Shown piece by piece: positions 49,131-62,199 of a stretch of DNA of 64,000 bases. The stretch lies in the NCBI GenBank assembly GCA_028534125.1, contig CM052816.1, positions 71,488,001-71,552,000 on the forward strand, in the 5' to 3' direction. This DNA comes from Lama glama (lineage: Eukaryota). Below the pieces are notes generated by a model, which searched no databases, was not told the DNA's origin, and saw only the letters and a program-made list of their open reading frames with translations. The stretch's first letter is position 1. Each line of letters begins with the position of its first letter. A program made the translations under genes and the position numbers.

Positions 49131-50811
49131 TGTAAATGCATAGTTACTGAGGGACATTCTAAATCTAAGTCCAATTAAATTGAGGTTTTTGATAAGAAAC
49201 TAACACTAGCAAAATTAGATCATATATTTATTCAGCATTGCTCAGCACAGTCCTAGGTCCTTATGAAAATATATGTAATAAATGGAACACACAGTTCTTT
49301 CCTTAAAGAAATTTCATTTCAAGTAAGAAACATATCTTGCTTTAATTCAAGAAGACAGTATATAACAAAATATAATAAAGTTCTAAATACTAGGTACTGT
49401 TAAGTGCTGTCAAACTTCTGAAAAAAATATGCAATTTGACTCTGGTCATTGAAACAAAAGAAAAATAGGAAATTAGGAAAACTAATTGCTTGAAAATATT
49501 TCAGCTTCTGCTCTGATGTGGATATCGTGTGCTCTGTAAACTAAAATGTTTGCTTGGACCTAGTAGTATTATGTGAACTGCTCTTAAGCATACTAACAAA
49601 GGCTAAATAACTTAAGAAAACTGCTCCAGGTGGGATATTTTGTTTCTTAAGTTCATACCACCAACATTTCTTAGTCTTTTATGTGTTTTTCTGGCAGGTC
49701 CACAGGGGAACATGGCTTCTAGATACAGTAGTTTGCAAGGCTAGATTGTTTAGTGCTTTGTTTAATGCTTCTTTTAGTAAGTCCAGTTTCTTCCTGTTCT
49801 GGTTTTCATGTAGTCATTATGAGTAATGGGTAAAATTATAAACTTCATTCAGAAATTCCTATAAATTTTCAATGCTTCTGTTTTCCTAAAATGAATTTTG
49901 CTTTACCTCCTCCATCTTGTAGTTGGTCACTAAAGGGACTTTCTGAATGCATTTTTAAAATTTAAATGGAGTTCCCAGAACTCTATAAACATGACCTCAT
50001 AAGTGATTATATAATTAAGTCTAGCTTAAAGGGTGTGCTATAAATTGTCTTGCCTTACCATGCAGTCCATTTCTGAAATCCTCATCTTAAACTGGATTTT
50101 CACAATGAAGTCTGAGAAGTTGCTTGAGTCGTTACATTCATTTGTTTGAACATTACATCAGCACTGGCAAAACCACCAAATATGACGAAATGAAAACTGA
50201 GAATGAGATGATAACTATTGATTAATCAGTAATTATTATTAATATTATTCAAATGAAGAAGTTTTGTACTGGAGCCTCACCTCACATTATATACTATGTA
50301 TTTAATAATTAAAAGTAAAAAGATGACGTATCTTTTAATGACATGTGTTTGATGATTATATGAGTAATGAATGCTCACTATAAAAAACTCACTATAAAAA
50401 ATTTGGGAAGTTTTTAAATTTGTAAAGCAAAATACTAAAATATCATCACCCATAACACTGCCATTCATAAATAACTGCTACTGTTATTAAGATGAATTCT
50501 GTTATGCAATGTTTCTTATTATAATATGTAAATTTAAAACTATATCCAGAAATATATAAAAATAGAGACATAAATATATTCTATTTCATAAAACTTGAAT
50601 TATATTGTGCATATAATTTTATCTTGATTTTTTTAAATTAATTTTGACTCGGTAATATAATTTTTAATAATTGCATAAAACTTTGAAGTTCGAATAAAGC
50701 ATAATTTAGAATATTGTAATTTTCTCCAACTGGAATGTTGCAAGCAATATTTTTTAGGAAAAATATCTGAATTTTCCCTATCACCAAATCTAATATGTTC
50801 ACCCATGTTTT

Positions 50812-50960
50812 CTTTTTTTTTAATTTGGGCTTTGTTAAACAGCTTTATTTAGATATAATTCACATAGCATAAAATTCACCCTTTTAAAGTGTACCATTCA
50901 GCGATTATTAGCACATACACAGAGTTGTACAATCATCACCACTATCTAATTTCAGAACAT
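50812..50960 (-). mobile_element. L1MA/L1MB 3' terminus with poly(T)
   Basis: T run, then AACAGCTTTATTTAGATATAATTCACATAGCATAAAATTCACCCTTTTAAAGTGTAC...AGAGTTGTACAATCATCACCACTATCTAATTTCAGAACAT. Confidence 0.9.
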
Positions 50961-50961
50961 A

Positions 50962-51572
50962 TCCTAAATCATTTTTGAGATCAACAGTACCCTAATACCA
51001 AAACCAAGTGAAGGCATTAAAAGAAAACTACAGATCAATATGACTTATGATTATGGATACAAAAATCCTCAACAAAATATTAACAAACCAAATTCATCAA
51101 TGTGTAAAAGCAGTTATACACCAGGACCAAATGAGATATATTGCATGTATGCAAGACTGATACAATAATCAAAATAACTTAGTGTAATCCTCCACACCAA
51201 ACTTCTAAGGAAGAAAAACCATTGATCCTATCAACAGAAGCATAAAAAGCATTTGATGTAATTGAACACTCATTCAGGATTAAGAAACACCCAGCAAACT
51301 AAGAATAGAGAACTTCCTCAACTTGATAAAGAACATCTACGTAAAACCTACATTCAGTTGACATCACACTTAATGATGAAAAACTAGATATCTTCCCCTA
51401 AGATTGAGAACAAAACAAGGATGTCCCCTCTCACTACTCCTGTTCAACATCACACTGAAAGTCCTAGCTAATGTAATATGACAAGAAAAGAAAAGAATAC
51501 AGACTGGAAATGAAGAAATAAACCTTTGTTTGTAGATGTCACCATCACATATGTAGAAAATCCCAAAAGAAA
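50962..51572 (+). mobile_element. L1 ORF2 reverse-transcriptase fragment
   Basis: ACCCTAATACCAAAACCA, GAAAACTACAGATCAATAT, AAAAATCCTCAACAAAATATTA, AAAAAGCATTTGA, AACAAAACAAGGATGTCCCCTCTCACTACTCCTGTTCAACAT (the QGCPLS motif), GTAGAAAATCCCAAA. Confidence 0.93.
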
Positions 51573-51667
51573 AGATCACTTACAGAGGCCCAGAAGAAGA
51601 ACTAGGCAATCTTATAGGCAGCCAATCATTCAACTTGCTTACTAAATATTGTGGAGCCAAAAATTCT

Positions 51668-51750
51668 GGGGGGAGGGTATAGCTCAATGGTAGAGCACAT
51701 GTTTAGCATTCATGAGGTCCTGGGTTCAATCCCCAGTACCTCCATCAATA
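51668..51750 (+). mobile_element. tRNA-derived camelid-type SINE, short form
   Basis: GGGGGGAGGGTATAGCTCAATGGTAGAGCACATGTTTAGCATTCATGAGGTCCTGGGTTCAATCCCCAGTACCTCCAT. Possible target duplication GAGCCAAAAATTCT / GAGCAAAATACT. Confidence 0.9.
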
Positions 51751-52704
51751 GAGCAAAATACTAAAACGAAACCTAGAGCTGGTCAGGAAACAATCATGAG
51801 TAGTCTTGCACATGATGTATTAAGGAGTTTGAGTCTCACAGTAAGTGCAAGGCAGGTCATGACATGATTTTTAAGTATAAGGATGTGAGTCTCAGATTTC
51901 TGCCTTCAAGGGGTTGCTATATGGAAAACAACATAAAAAAGACATAAACTTGGGACTTTTGCAACTGTAGCATGATGGATTTCTTAAGCCTTTTAAAATT
52001 TTTATGGAAAGAGAACAGTTCCTAATTTAGATGCCACTTAAAATTTCTCCCTATCCAGAAATTCATTTACTCCCTGTTTCATACCTTCAATGATTCCTGA
52101 GAGGTAGAAGCTGTCATTATTTTTGTCACTTGAGCCTTCCTGAGATTTCAATATTACTCATTAGAATAAAAGATTATTTATAAATAATCAGCAATAAATG
52201 AAGTGCTGTATTTGGGTACATATAATGAAAAATATTATCATTATCATTTCCCAAGTGGTCCATATGATTAGGGAACTTCACTGGGAATGCAAGCCCCAGA
52301 AGGTATAAATCCTTCCTCGTGGAATTTAAATCCTGATCACAAAATCAGGAAAAATACAAAATAAAGAAAATTCATGAGAGCATATATAAAATAGGAGAAG
52401 AGGATGCTGCCTGGAAGAGGTTGTCTACCCTGGAGCTTGAAGGGAAGACAAAGAAGAGGAGTGACAGCAAGAAAAGGCAGTCTGAAGGGAAGACTAGTGA
52501 CAATTTAAAAATTGTTTCCATTCGAAACTACTGAATACATTGCTTATGCTGTTTTTCCCCCAACCTCCCCACCCCTTCCCAACAATGATGTGTTTTAAAG
52601 AACAGTTTTTGTGAGATCCACTGATCATTTTGACATGATGTAGCTGAACCAGAGAGGAAACAGAGAAAATGCAGCACACTTCAACAAGAGGTGCTCTTTC
52701 TGAG

Positions 52705-52803
52705 CATTTTCTTTGTTTTATCCATTTATGTTTCCAAAAGCTTAGAACAGAGCCCAGAACATGGCAGATACTTAACAGAATTCCCACTGAATAAATGGAT
52801 GAA
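52705..52803 (+). mobile_element. L2 3' terminus
   Basis: CTTAGAACAGAGCCCAGAACATGGCAGATACTTAACAGAATTCCCACTGAATAAATGGATGAA. Confidence 0.75.
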
Positions 52804-54647
52804 GCCAAGAGTTATTTACAAGAAGTCCCATAATGAAAGTTCCTATCAACTTAAATCCCAATTTCAAGTATGTGAGGAAAATATCTAGGAATAAGAACGC
52901 ATTGCCTTAAAAGTTTCTTTAAATACAAATATTCAAAGAGGATCAAACAATAGTTTCATTATTTTTAAGAGAGATTCCAAATTATTTTGCTATAGACTTT
53001 GAGATTGGTTATTTTTTGAAACCCAGATAATTTTTTAAAACATTAAAAGGTTATAGCAAAAATAAACGAGGAAAATTATCACAGGTGTCTATCAATGAAC
53101 CAATAATATCATACAAACAAATGCTCACTGAAACCTTATTTGAAGAGTTGAACTCACTGTTCTGTCCCTTACACAGACCCAGTTCTCTCTGATGAAGTCA
53201 TCTTCCCTGCTCCCCATTCCCACCCCCAAAACAACTTAACTAGAAGCTGGAGCTTCATTGTAACCAGAATCCCAATTTGCACACACAGGAATGTACTGAA
53301 GTAATTCAAGTCTTTCATCTTATTTAACTACTGAGCTTGGGTTTATATAAATTCATAATTGCAATTCCACACTTCACGAAAAACATAAACAAAATTAGAA
53401 ACTCTGGACAGCAAAGATAATAAATGTTCAAATGGTGCCCTATAGATAAATCATATAGATACAGGATTTCAAACATCAGCCAGCGTGTGGTTCCAAGTCC
53501 TTTGAAAAGAAATCATTTCTCGGTGACAAGCTGATGTTAACATTTTAATTAATGAGAAGAAGTCAAATAAAAAACGATTATTCTCTATTAAATTTTTCCA
53601 AATTAAGCCACACTATGCTTGTGTTTAAACTACATTTTCCGTTAATAAATTTACTTGAAGCTATATCTGTAGCTTTCAAAATGTTGATATTTATATCACT
53701 CACTAAAGTATATTCTGAAAATGGCACTTTCTCTAAAGTACAGACTGCTGTAAGCTTTATGTTAACTGAAATACTTAAATACCACTTCAAGGTCATGAAG
53801 TTGATTCTCATAATAGAAAGTCCTCTTGTTAATTTTAACTTACGAATTTAGGAGAGCAAATTCCATACCGTATTCTGGTTCATGCCCTGAGCATCCCAGT
53901 GGCCAGAAGGAACTCTTGTTTGATGTATCTTTATTGTTTCTCTGCCACTGTTATGGCTACTAAGAGGTCAGCCTGAGCTTACGGCACCAAAAGGTCATTT
54001 TTGTTATTCTAAAGAGAGAAGTTTTGACATATGATATATTATGAAGAGAACGGAGACACTCACTGATGTACTGTAATTCAAATCATCCACATCTTTTACT
54101 TCTTTAAAAGGACGAAAAGGGAAAATGCTTTTGTTTTCAATCTGGAAAAAAAACTTTTAAAAAAACATTCAAAATATAAAAGGAATGAGTTACATTCCCT
54201 GTGGTCCACTTCACAAAATGTATCATTTTGGCAAAAAGAAATTAGCACTCTAAGTGACAGCATCTCCACCCATTTGCATTGCTTCTTTAGGTTTTGCTTA
54301 TCAAGATCCACGTTTCTATTTCTTATGAGTATCAGTTCACAGCTTGAGGAAAGAATTTTTGAAAATTGTAGGCTTGTTACTAGAAGAAAAGGAAGCCAGC
54401 TCTTTTTTTCACAGCTATCTTCTCCATTTTAAGACCAGGGACCATGTGAAAATCTGAACTTGGATCCATGAATAGCCCATTTAGTGGCCATAAGAATGCT
54501 CTTTACAAACAACACAACAATAAATCAATGAGGTGAATTCTGAAATCTTATAGTTGTTGTGATTGTTAAATACGTATCTGAGGAAAAAAAATTCTGAGTT
54601 TATTTCACTGACGAACTAATGGTATTATTGTGATCTTTAAACTTGAG

Positions 54648-54805
54648 GAAGGGATCTTAATCCCAGACCCTCTGGATAGATTAGATCCTTTAGGGAATCT
54701 GTGAAGGCTGGAACAATACAAAAGTTGCATTAGTGGGAGCAAGTCCATAGCTTTGGTCAGATTTTCAAAAGGAACTGTGACAAAATCCAAGTTAAGAAAT
54801 ATTAG
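54648..54805 (+). mobile_element. MER5-group hAT-Charlie MITE
   Basis: GTCCATAGCTTTGGTCAGATTTTCAAAAGGAACTGTGACAAAATCCAAGTTAAGAA resembles a MER5-group 3' end. Subfamily uncertain. Confidence 0.6.
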
Positions 54806-54904
54806 CAGCTGAGCTGTGATATGGGGGCCAGAAATTTCCAAACAGTCCAGTGTGCTCCCGAGGAATCTTTCTCTTTCATTCACAAAGAGAGTACTTCCTT
54901 GAGT

Positions 54905-55078
54905 AATAAAAACAACAGAATTTATAGCATGATTATTTCAGGACAGACACTGTGCTGAGTGCTTAAATTTTGCTTCATAAATTATCTGCAAACATTTCAC
55001 ATATTATCTTTAATTCTTACAACAACCCTGGCAGTTAAGTATTATGATCACCATATTTTAAATGAGAAAATTAGAGGT
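54905..55078 (-). mobile_element. MIR SINE fragment
   Basis: CAGACACTGTGCTGAGTGCTT...TTAATTCTTACAACAACCCTGGCAGTTAAGTATTATGATCACCATATTTTAAATGAGAAAATTAGAGG. Confidence 0.8.
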
Positions 55079-56929
55079 GTATCCTTTACATTAATACTTG
55101 AACAGGACATCTGGAACCTACTTTTCAAACACTTTTAGCAGATGAACTTTTTTCTCCAAGTGAAAATTAAGATGGAACCACAAACAGCAAACACATGAGA
55201 TTGTAAATTATCTGTGTGCATTTTTCTTAGGTTTTAATATACAATATTTACACTAAAGGTGATCAATGAGAATACAAAAGTTATCTTCAATACAAAAATT
55301 AAAGAGAGATTGTAATGAGGACTAGCATTTTCTGTCAGCTTCAACATCCAAATTATTTCTGTGTCTTAGTTTGGATTGCACTATATCAAAACAATCTTGC
55401 ATCACATAGAACAATTGCAAATGATAAGTTTTTTACCAGCGCATCCTGAAATGTTGTGATGCACTTCAATTTAACTCATCTAGGAGACTAAAAGAGAAGT
55501 AGCAGAAAATTGTTTCAAGGTTGAATCACTAACATTATCCAACATCTGCTCTCAATCCTTAATTATTAAATTTTCAAGTTGAAATTGGGTAGGTGAACAG
55601 TTCTTCATCTATTTTAAATGATCATTCTTTGGAAAGTAATTTTCAAATGCATCTTTCATTCATGCTGTATTCAACAATGCCAGTTTCTAAAACTAGCCAA
55701 GTCACTCTATCAAACTTTCAAATCAATGTATGTATTTTGTTTGCATTTCCAATAACATCTTTAAAGCTCTGTTGTGATTGCTGATACTTTTTCTTCAATC
55801 TTCAGGATGTACAATGACATTGATATACTGCTAAATGGAGCCTCTGTGGCTTATTCCAAATATTAGCAAGAAATATGTGATAGGGAAGCCATGTTACAGC
55901 TGAGCTAACTTTAAATGAAGTTTCTTTGTTAGCAAACAAGAGCACTTCTTGTCTCATTTGAAATATTTGTACTAACACCTTGCCATGGAATAGTCAATCA
56001 ATTTCTGTTTTTTTAAACGGAAGTTTTAAAATTCATCGCTGTATCACTACAAATAGCTGTCAAAATCTGCAATTGAAAGATTAGACCTTAATAAAATACC
56101 TAAATTGTATGACATGTATCTATCACTTTTAGCAAAGGAGATGCATCTCAAGAACTACTATGTTTATCTGTGTATCGAACAATGATATAAAACCTAAATA
56201 CATTTTTCCACAACAGCTTTTAGAAAAGCCACTATTCCTACATTCTTTGTCCTCAGTCACAGCCATCATTATATTTTTGCCAATTTATTTAATGATGTGA
56301 CCAAACTTTAGTCTTTCTTTTCCAATTATGTTTTATAAGTAAAGTCTTTTTTATATAGTTTGTTTGTTTATGTATTGTACAAAAATTATTGGAAAATCAG
56401 TAATACCCCTCCCTTTGCCTAGTTATATTACAAAGATTCCATATAACATTCGATTTCTATTTACTAATAACTTGGATGTGCACTCTTGGATTATCTCTAG
56501 ATTATATCATAAAACAGCAGTACCAGTTTTTTTTTCATCACTGCCTGTCCACTTTGCATACTTGCTGTAATGTCTATAGTGTAAGGTTTAACAACATTTT
56601 ACCCAATAATGTGTGATTCCCCCTCAGGTCTGGTGGATTAAGTTCTTTTGGGAAAAAAAAATCAATGAATTCATTTCAGTTGACATATTTAAACACTGTT
56701 GCATACATTTTTATAAGACTATGTTCAATCTATACTTAAAGACATTGATAATGTCATTTTATGCTTATTTGTGCTTCAAAATGATTTAGCAGGAAACCTA
56801 AGACAATTCTGTAAAATGTTATTTTGTGAGACTCACTTATCCTTTAAAAAATGAACCCATTTGAAAATGATTTTGTGTCTCCAGCTCATTTTGTGTGAGA
56901 TTTTAGAACATCACTTCATTGGAAGCTTA

Positions 56930-57810
56930 TTGGGATAGTTAATAATAGCTGCATATTTAGTACATACTGATATGTATAAATATGGTTTCACACACTTCAT
57001 TTTGAACCTAAACAATCTCACCAAATAGATTGTTAAATTTATTCTTCTAAACTTCCCATTTTTAAATAGATAGTTTCAAAGAATGCAATTTCACTTTACT
57101 TTGAACCCATGTGAAATTTTCAAATTCAACATGAACTCAAAACCAGACCAAATTTAATTCAATCATAAACACAGAAACACGGCAAGTAAAATCTAAAAAT
57201 AAGTTTTGTGCTATCATTATCTGAGCTTATTGGAATTAAATATCATTGTACACATACAGGATATTGGGCAATTTGTCATCATCAGCACTGATAAAAATAA
57301 ATATTTTTTGAGCATCTATCATGTGCCAGGACTGTGCATCCTAATGGAGATTAAACAGACAACAAAAAAGAACAGTCTAGGCTTTCATCATGATGATTTT
57401 AATTTAAATGAAGTGTTTGTGTCACCTCTGAACTGTCTCCATAGATTACTGAACAGGGATTTTCCATATCTTTCTTTTAAAGCACAGCTTGCTCTTCAAA
57501 GAAAATTAGCGATGCCAATATGTAAAGTAGATCTTCTAATCGATAGCCTTCCTGTCCATAACTTTCTCAAACAACATTCAAAAACCCTCTCGGAATCTGT
57601 GAAATACAATTTGAAAAATCATTGCTTTGGATCTATCCTCTCACACCTGATATGGACCTTCTCATCTACTTTAGAAACAAGTATATCATGCGCGCATCAC
57701 ACATCTGATAAGTTTCACTGTATTAACCACTCATCTACAATAGACTGTTTTTTCCTTCCCAAAACAACATTTGTAGTGTGAGCCACGAGTAAAATCGACA
57801 TACTCATTAA
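56930..57810. mobile_element. Cluster of decayed MIR (-) and L2 (both strands) fragments
   Basis: AATAATAGCTGCATATTTAGTACATAC (MIR, minus); AAATATTTTTTGAGCATCTATCATGTGCCAGGACTGTGC (L2 tail, minus); AAATACAATTTGAAAAATCATTGC (L2, plus). Confidence 0.55.
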
Positions 57811-59498
57811 ATGTCTTACAAATATTTATTTCATAGAAAATTTATTTCAGTTGGAAAGTTACTTGTAGACACATCACTTTTGTTTTCTGACCACATGAGA
57901 ACTTTAGTAATTAACCTATTACTCTTACATGGCAATGCTTCAATTAATATTTGTTGACTATTTCCCAATCAAGTCAAGTGATAATTTAACCAGTATTTCT
58001 ACATAATAATTAACTGTAAATGACAAATGATATTGAAATAGATTGTCAACGCCTTTATATATTGCTCATACATATTGACATTTATAGATAATATCCTGAA
58101 AGATTTATCTTATTAAAAATTCTATCAGAAATTGTACCACTGAAATCATTGTTGGAAGGTCAAACAGTATATAATAAAACATGATTATTATTCAAAAATA
58201 TATAATTGGTTAATTAGTCAACATTTGTAACAGATAGCTGCAGGGTATGGTATTACTATAAGAATATAACAGTTACATAATGCATATTTTAAAAGACTAA
58301 AAAAGGAAATAAAAATATAAATATACATCAGTGCTATTAATATAAAACAAGTTCTGTGCACTAGTATTTTCCAAGGGTATAGGATAGAGCAGAGAAAGAG
58401 GTGTGTTTACTTTCATGTTAATATTTTCCCTTTTCTCAGTACAGGTAATTAGAGGTTCTTCTTAAACATGAGAGTAGTTTACTCTTTCACATCAAAATGA
58501 TGTTGAGAGAAAAGAAGTCATACTAGTCTGAGTGATAAGACAAGAAAGGTAACAGAGATGATTAAATGACATCACTTGCAGAGACGGGGCTGGCCGTTAT
58601 GCTGCATGGTTTAGCCTGTGCTTAACACAGTAATCAGCAAGCACACAGATGTGAACTCATCCAAAAACAAAAGTGCTCAAAGTAACATATTAAGTTTCGC
58701 TGATCCTAAAGGAACAACAGGTTTCATTCCAGTGTTGTTCGTTACAGGTTTATTCTGAAGGGGGGAGGTGGCCAGACCTGTCAGGGGAGGACTTGTTTGG
58801 TCTCTTTGTGTGGTATTTATAGCCTGGTCTGGTTAATGTCAATCTTCACTTTATTGGTATTCTCTTAAATCCTGAAATTTTACCCAGACTTTTCCTTATA
58901 AGCCAAATCTTCTCCTAGAAAACTCTACGTATATTTTCAGCAGTATAGAAGTTCCCTGTTTCTTCCTCACAAGCTTTTTCCATATCTGCCCCTCTGTTGT
59001 GATGCTCGGTATACATTTCATCTAAATTCTCAAGTTCAACTGGAGTATTTGCTGTTTATATCATGTGTGCTTTCCCCGCACACTTTAGTAACCAAAATAA
59101 ACAAAAAATCCTTTTTCAGAGTCACTAAGGCTGAGTCTTTTCTGATAGCCATTGTTAGTAATGAAAGTGGAAAAAAAAAAACCAATCAATCAACTACTAG
59201 AGAGACAAAAGTTTGTAAGCAATGGCTTCTATGTTAAAGTTATTCCATTCTCTGCTGGGATGTATAAAAATCAAATAATAACGTACCAAAATCAGATTAT
59301 ATTTTATTTACCTAGGCCTCTCTATTTAAAAAAAAAATCTTTGACCCCTCTTTTTTAAAATAAGTACCTGGAATACTCTTAATACCAAGTGTGTTCCTTA
59401 ACTATCATTCCAAAGCACTTTATCTTTCTCCTCTACTGGTCTTAGTTTGGCTTATATTGGAATAAATGTCAAAAAAGTAACATGGAGATTGTGTGACA

Positions 59499-59500
<2 letters not shown>

Positions 59501-59543
<43 letters not shown>

Positions 59544-59559
59544 TCTATATATATATATA
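59501..59559. repeat. Compound (CT)n(AT)n microsatellite
   Basis: About 23 CT units with one GT interruption, followed directly by a TA run. Confidence 0.95.
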
Positions 59560-61596
59560 AGTAGGAATAGGGATCACAAAAAAAAGCAATCTAACATAAA
59601 ACATAGGGTACTGTATTTTACCTATGTCATTTAATGTCGATAATATATTGGTATCTTTTTATCAAAAAACATGGAAGACAGAGATAGTTTTAGGACTGCA
59701 ATAAGTAGAAACTGAGTGTGATTTCTTCCGTTAACATTGCTTCAACAACCAAGGATGAACCTGTTGTTAAAGACAGCATAGTTCTGGGGAGTTATCATTT
59801 GTGACAATACAAAATATTTGTTTTTGAAGTTGCTGAGATATGATGGATGGAGGTTAAGAAAGAAGTTAATTTGAAAATGTATCTTTATTTAATTCACTAT
59901 TATAACAAATCATAAGATGCTTTAAGATAATTTTCTACTTCAAGTCTTGTGCATCCAAGAACTGTAATTACATTTTAAAAATTAACACCAAGAAAGAAAG
60001 TCTTCATATTTTGCATATAAATATAACAGAATTTGTTTTTGTATCATGTCACATTCAATATCCCTTTGTTTTCCTTTTTCCTAAATTTTAAGTCAATAAT
60101 CTATTAATTCTTAGTTTTTGTGGCTGAGTTTTGATAGTTTCCTTTGATATTCATATTTCTACTGATGAATCAAATCAAGTTCTTGTTTTCTAATTTTTAA
60201 AGGTTAAACTTTTATATTTTATATTTGTATTTTCATTTTGTATTTCATGTCATTTAATTTTTAAGTCATAAATTATTATAGAATGTCAATGAATGAACTA
60301 AAGGAGTTTCGAGTAAGTAGGTTTATAGCCTTTCTGGGTTTTTAGCAGGACAGATACATTATTTCAAGATTTGTCATTCTTATTCACACATTCAATAACA
60401 TGAAGAATTTTTACTGTAAATGTCTTAATGGCCCTAAAAATATATATCTCCCCACTGATAAATTTTAACACCAACTCTACCTACCTTTCTTATGTGACTC
60501 AGAGGTATAAATGTAATATTTGCCAATCCTTTCCCATTCACTTCTTTTAGTTGTTAATACTAATATTCTCTCTTCTGATTGAGCAAGTTCTGTGACCCTT
60601 TACTTCTGATCCCCAATCATTTTTATCTCAAATGCTGGATTGTTGTTTTTTTTTTTCAAATGTGGTACTTACAGGTGTAGTAAAAAAAAATCTAAATTGG
60701 CATTTAATCTTTGATCATTTTGTCCTATATATCCTACCAACCATACAGTAAGTTATTACTGGTTTAAAGGTCTTCCTTTCAAATTCTAATGCCTAATATC
60801 TCTCTATATATATCAACTTTTAAGTCATCTGTTGCCTGATACACAACATACCAACCACTGGAAATACACATTATTAACTTTATAAACTAAGTCTCATTTT
60901 CCAAAGATTTTACAAGTAAAGTTCTTAATAATAAACTTTCCTCTTGCATTTGAATATAACTTGCTTCATTTTTAAAATCACTTTCCAGAAATTTAATCAT
61001 ACCCCTAGTCGAAAATTCCAAGTAGACAAGCTTAAATGTAAAAGAGCCCAAAATTCTAGGGAACAAAGTGTAGTGAGGTTGTTCCCACAATATGGATCTC
61101 AGAGTTATTCCAAGAGGTCCAAACCTCTCAGAATGCTTGAATAAAACTGTAATTTTACCTTCTATGCATCAAATTCAAAAGACTGTAATTTCATGATTAA
61201 TGAAATTGAAATGTATTGAAGATATTATACATGCTTCATAGTTCGGGCTTTTATGTATTTTCTCAATCAATATGCACTGTGATCTTCCCAGGAGCAAATG
61301 GGATGTTTTTAAGTTATTTAAATTAAAAGAGTTCTTTTTATCTGAAAAATATGAGAACCACTTACTCAAAATTCATATTGTTGATGCAGACAATGTACCT
61401 GAAAATAGATTTTGACTGATGAGCAAAGCTATTGCTAATCTTCAAGTTCAAAGACGCTACGTCAGGATCTCGTGCTCTGCTTTAAGGATCCAAGGGGATC
61501 AGGATTGTCTAGCAGTGTCTTTCAGACTCTCTGTAGCACAAGGTTTGGACCTACAGGCTCTGGTTTCAGAAACTGGTGTACCTGGTGAGTGAGTTT

Positions 61597-61773
61597 TCAC
61601 CTCCAGTCTGAGAGATTCTTGAGATTTCTTTTTTTTCTGAGTGTCTCTCTTTCGCTGGGACTGCAGCTTGTCTGTTTGAGGACTGCCCTGGCGGCTGCGG
61701 ATGCTTCCTGACTGTCCACAGCTCTGCTGTAACGTTTGAAGTGGTGTCTTAGTGTGCCAATGAGCAGAGCACC
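61597..61773 (-). other. Candidate exon (acceptor plus open frame), product unknown
   Basis: Minus-strand acceptor TTTGTTTTTTACAG|GGTGCT at 61774/61773. Two frames are open (58 aa to TGA at 61597, or the frame of track ORF 61499-61798). Locally GC-richer and not a repeat I recognise. No homology recognised. Confidence 0.3.
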
Positions 61774-62199
61774 CTGTAAAAAACAAATTTGTTTGCAAAA
61801 GATGTTTTTAAAAATCTTTCAAAGCACTTCAAAGACTGCTTTGGTTTTCCGAAACCCTTTGAACGAGCACCATTTCAGAAGAGTGAATTTCACATTATTA
61901 AAATTTCATATGAAAAAGCTGGCAAAAAAATACCTCCTTTTAATATAAGCTCAAATGTTGGTTGAAATAGTAACAAATTTTGCATCTTGTAACATCTAAG
62001 AATTTAAGGATTTCTTGCATGAAGAGTTGAATCAACTGTATTGATAACCTAATGCACAGAAACACACGGAAGAGAAATAGTCTAAAATATAAATCTTGCA
62101 TATGTTGACTCATACTGTGAGTATCATTGATTTTGATATCAAAAGAATTTTAAAACATCAGGTGTGACATATTTCGATTAAGTTTAACCTTTAGAGAAA

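Noticed and set aside
51668..51745. tRNA-like sequence with A and B boxes (also at 35260 and 18500-18570)
   Set aside because: These are SINE heads: the copies are mutually diverged, have A-rich tails or target duplications, and lack an intact cloverleaf.
57206..57781. Longest ORF in the track (191 aa)
   Set aside because: Starts at TTG, overlaps decayed L2 fragments, and shows no recognisable domain or splice structure.
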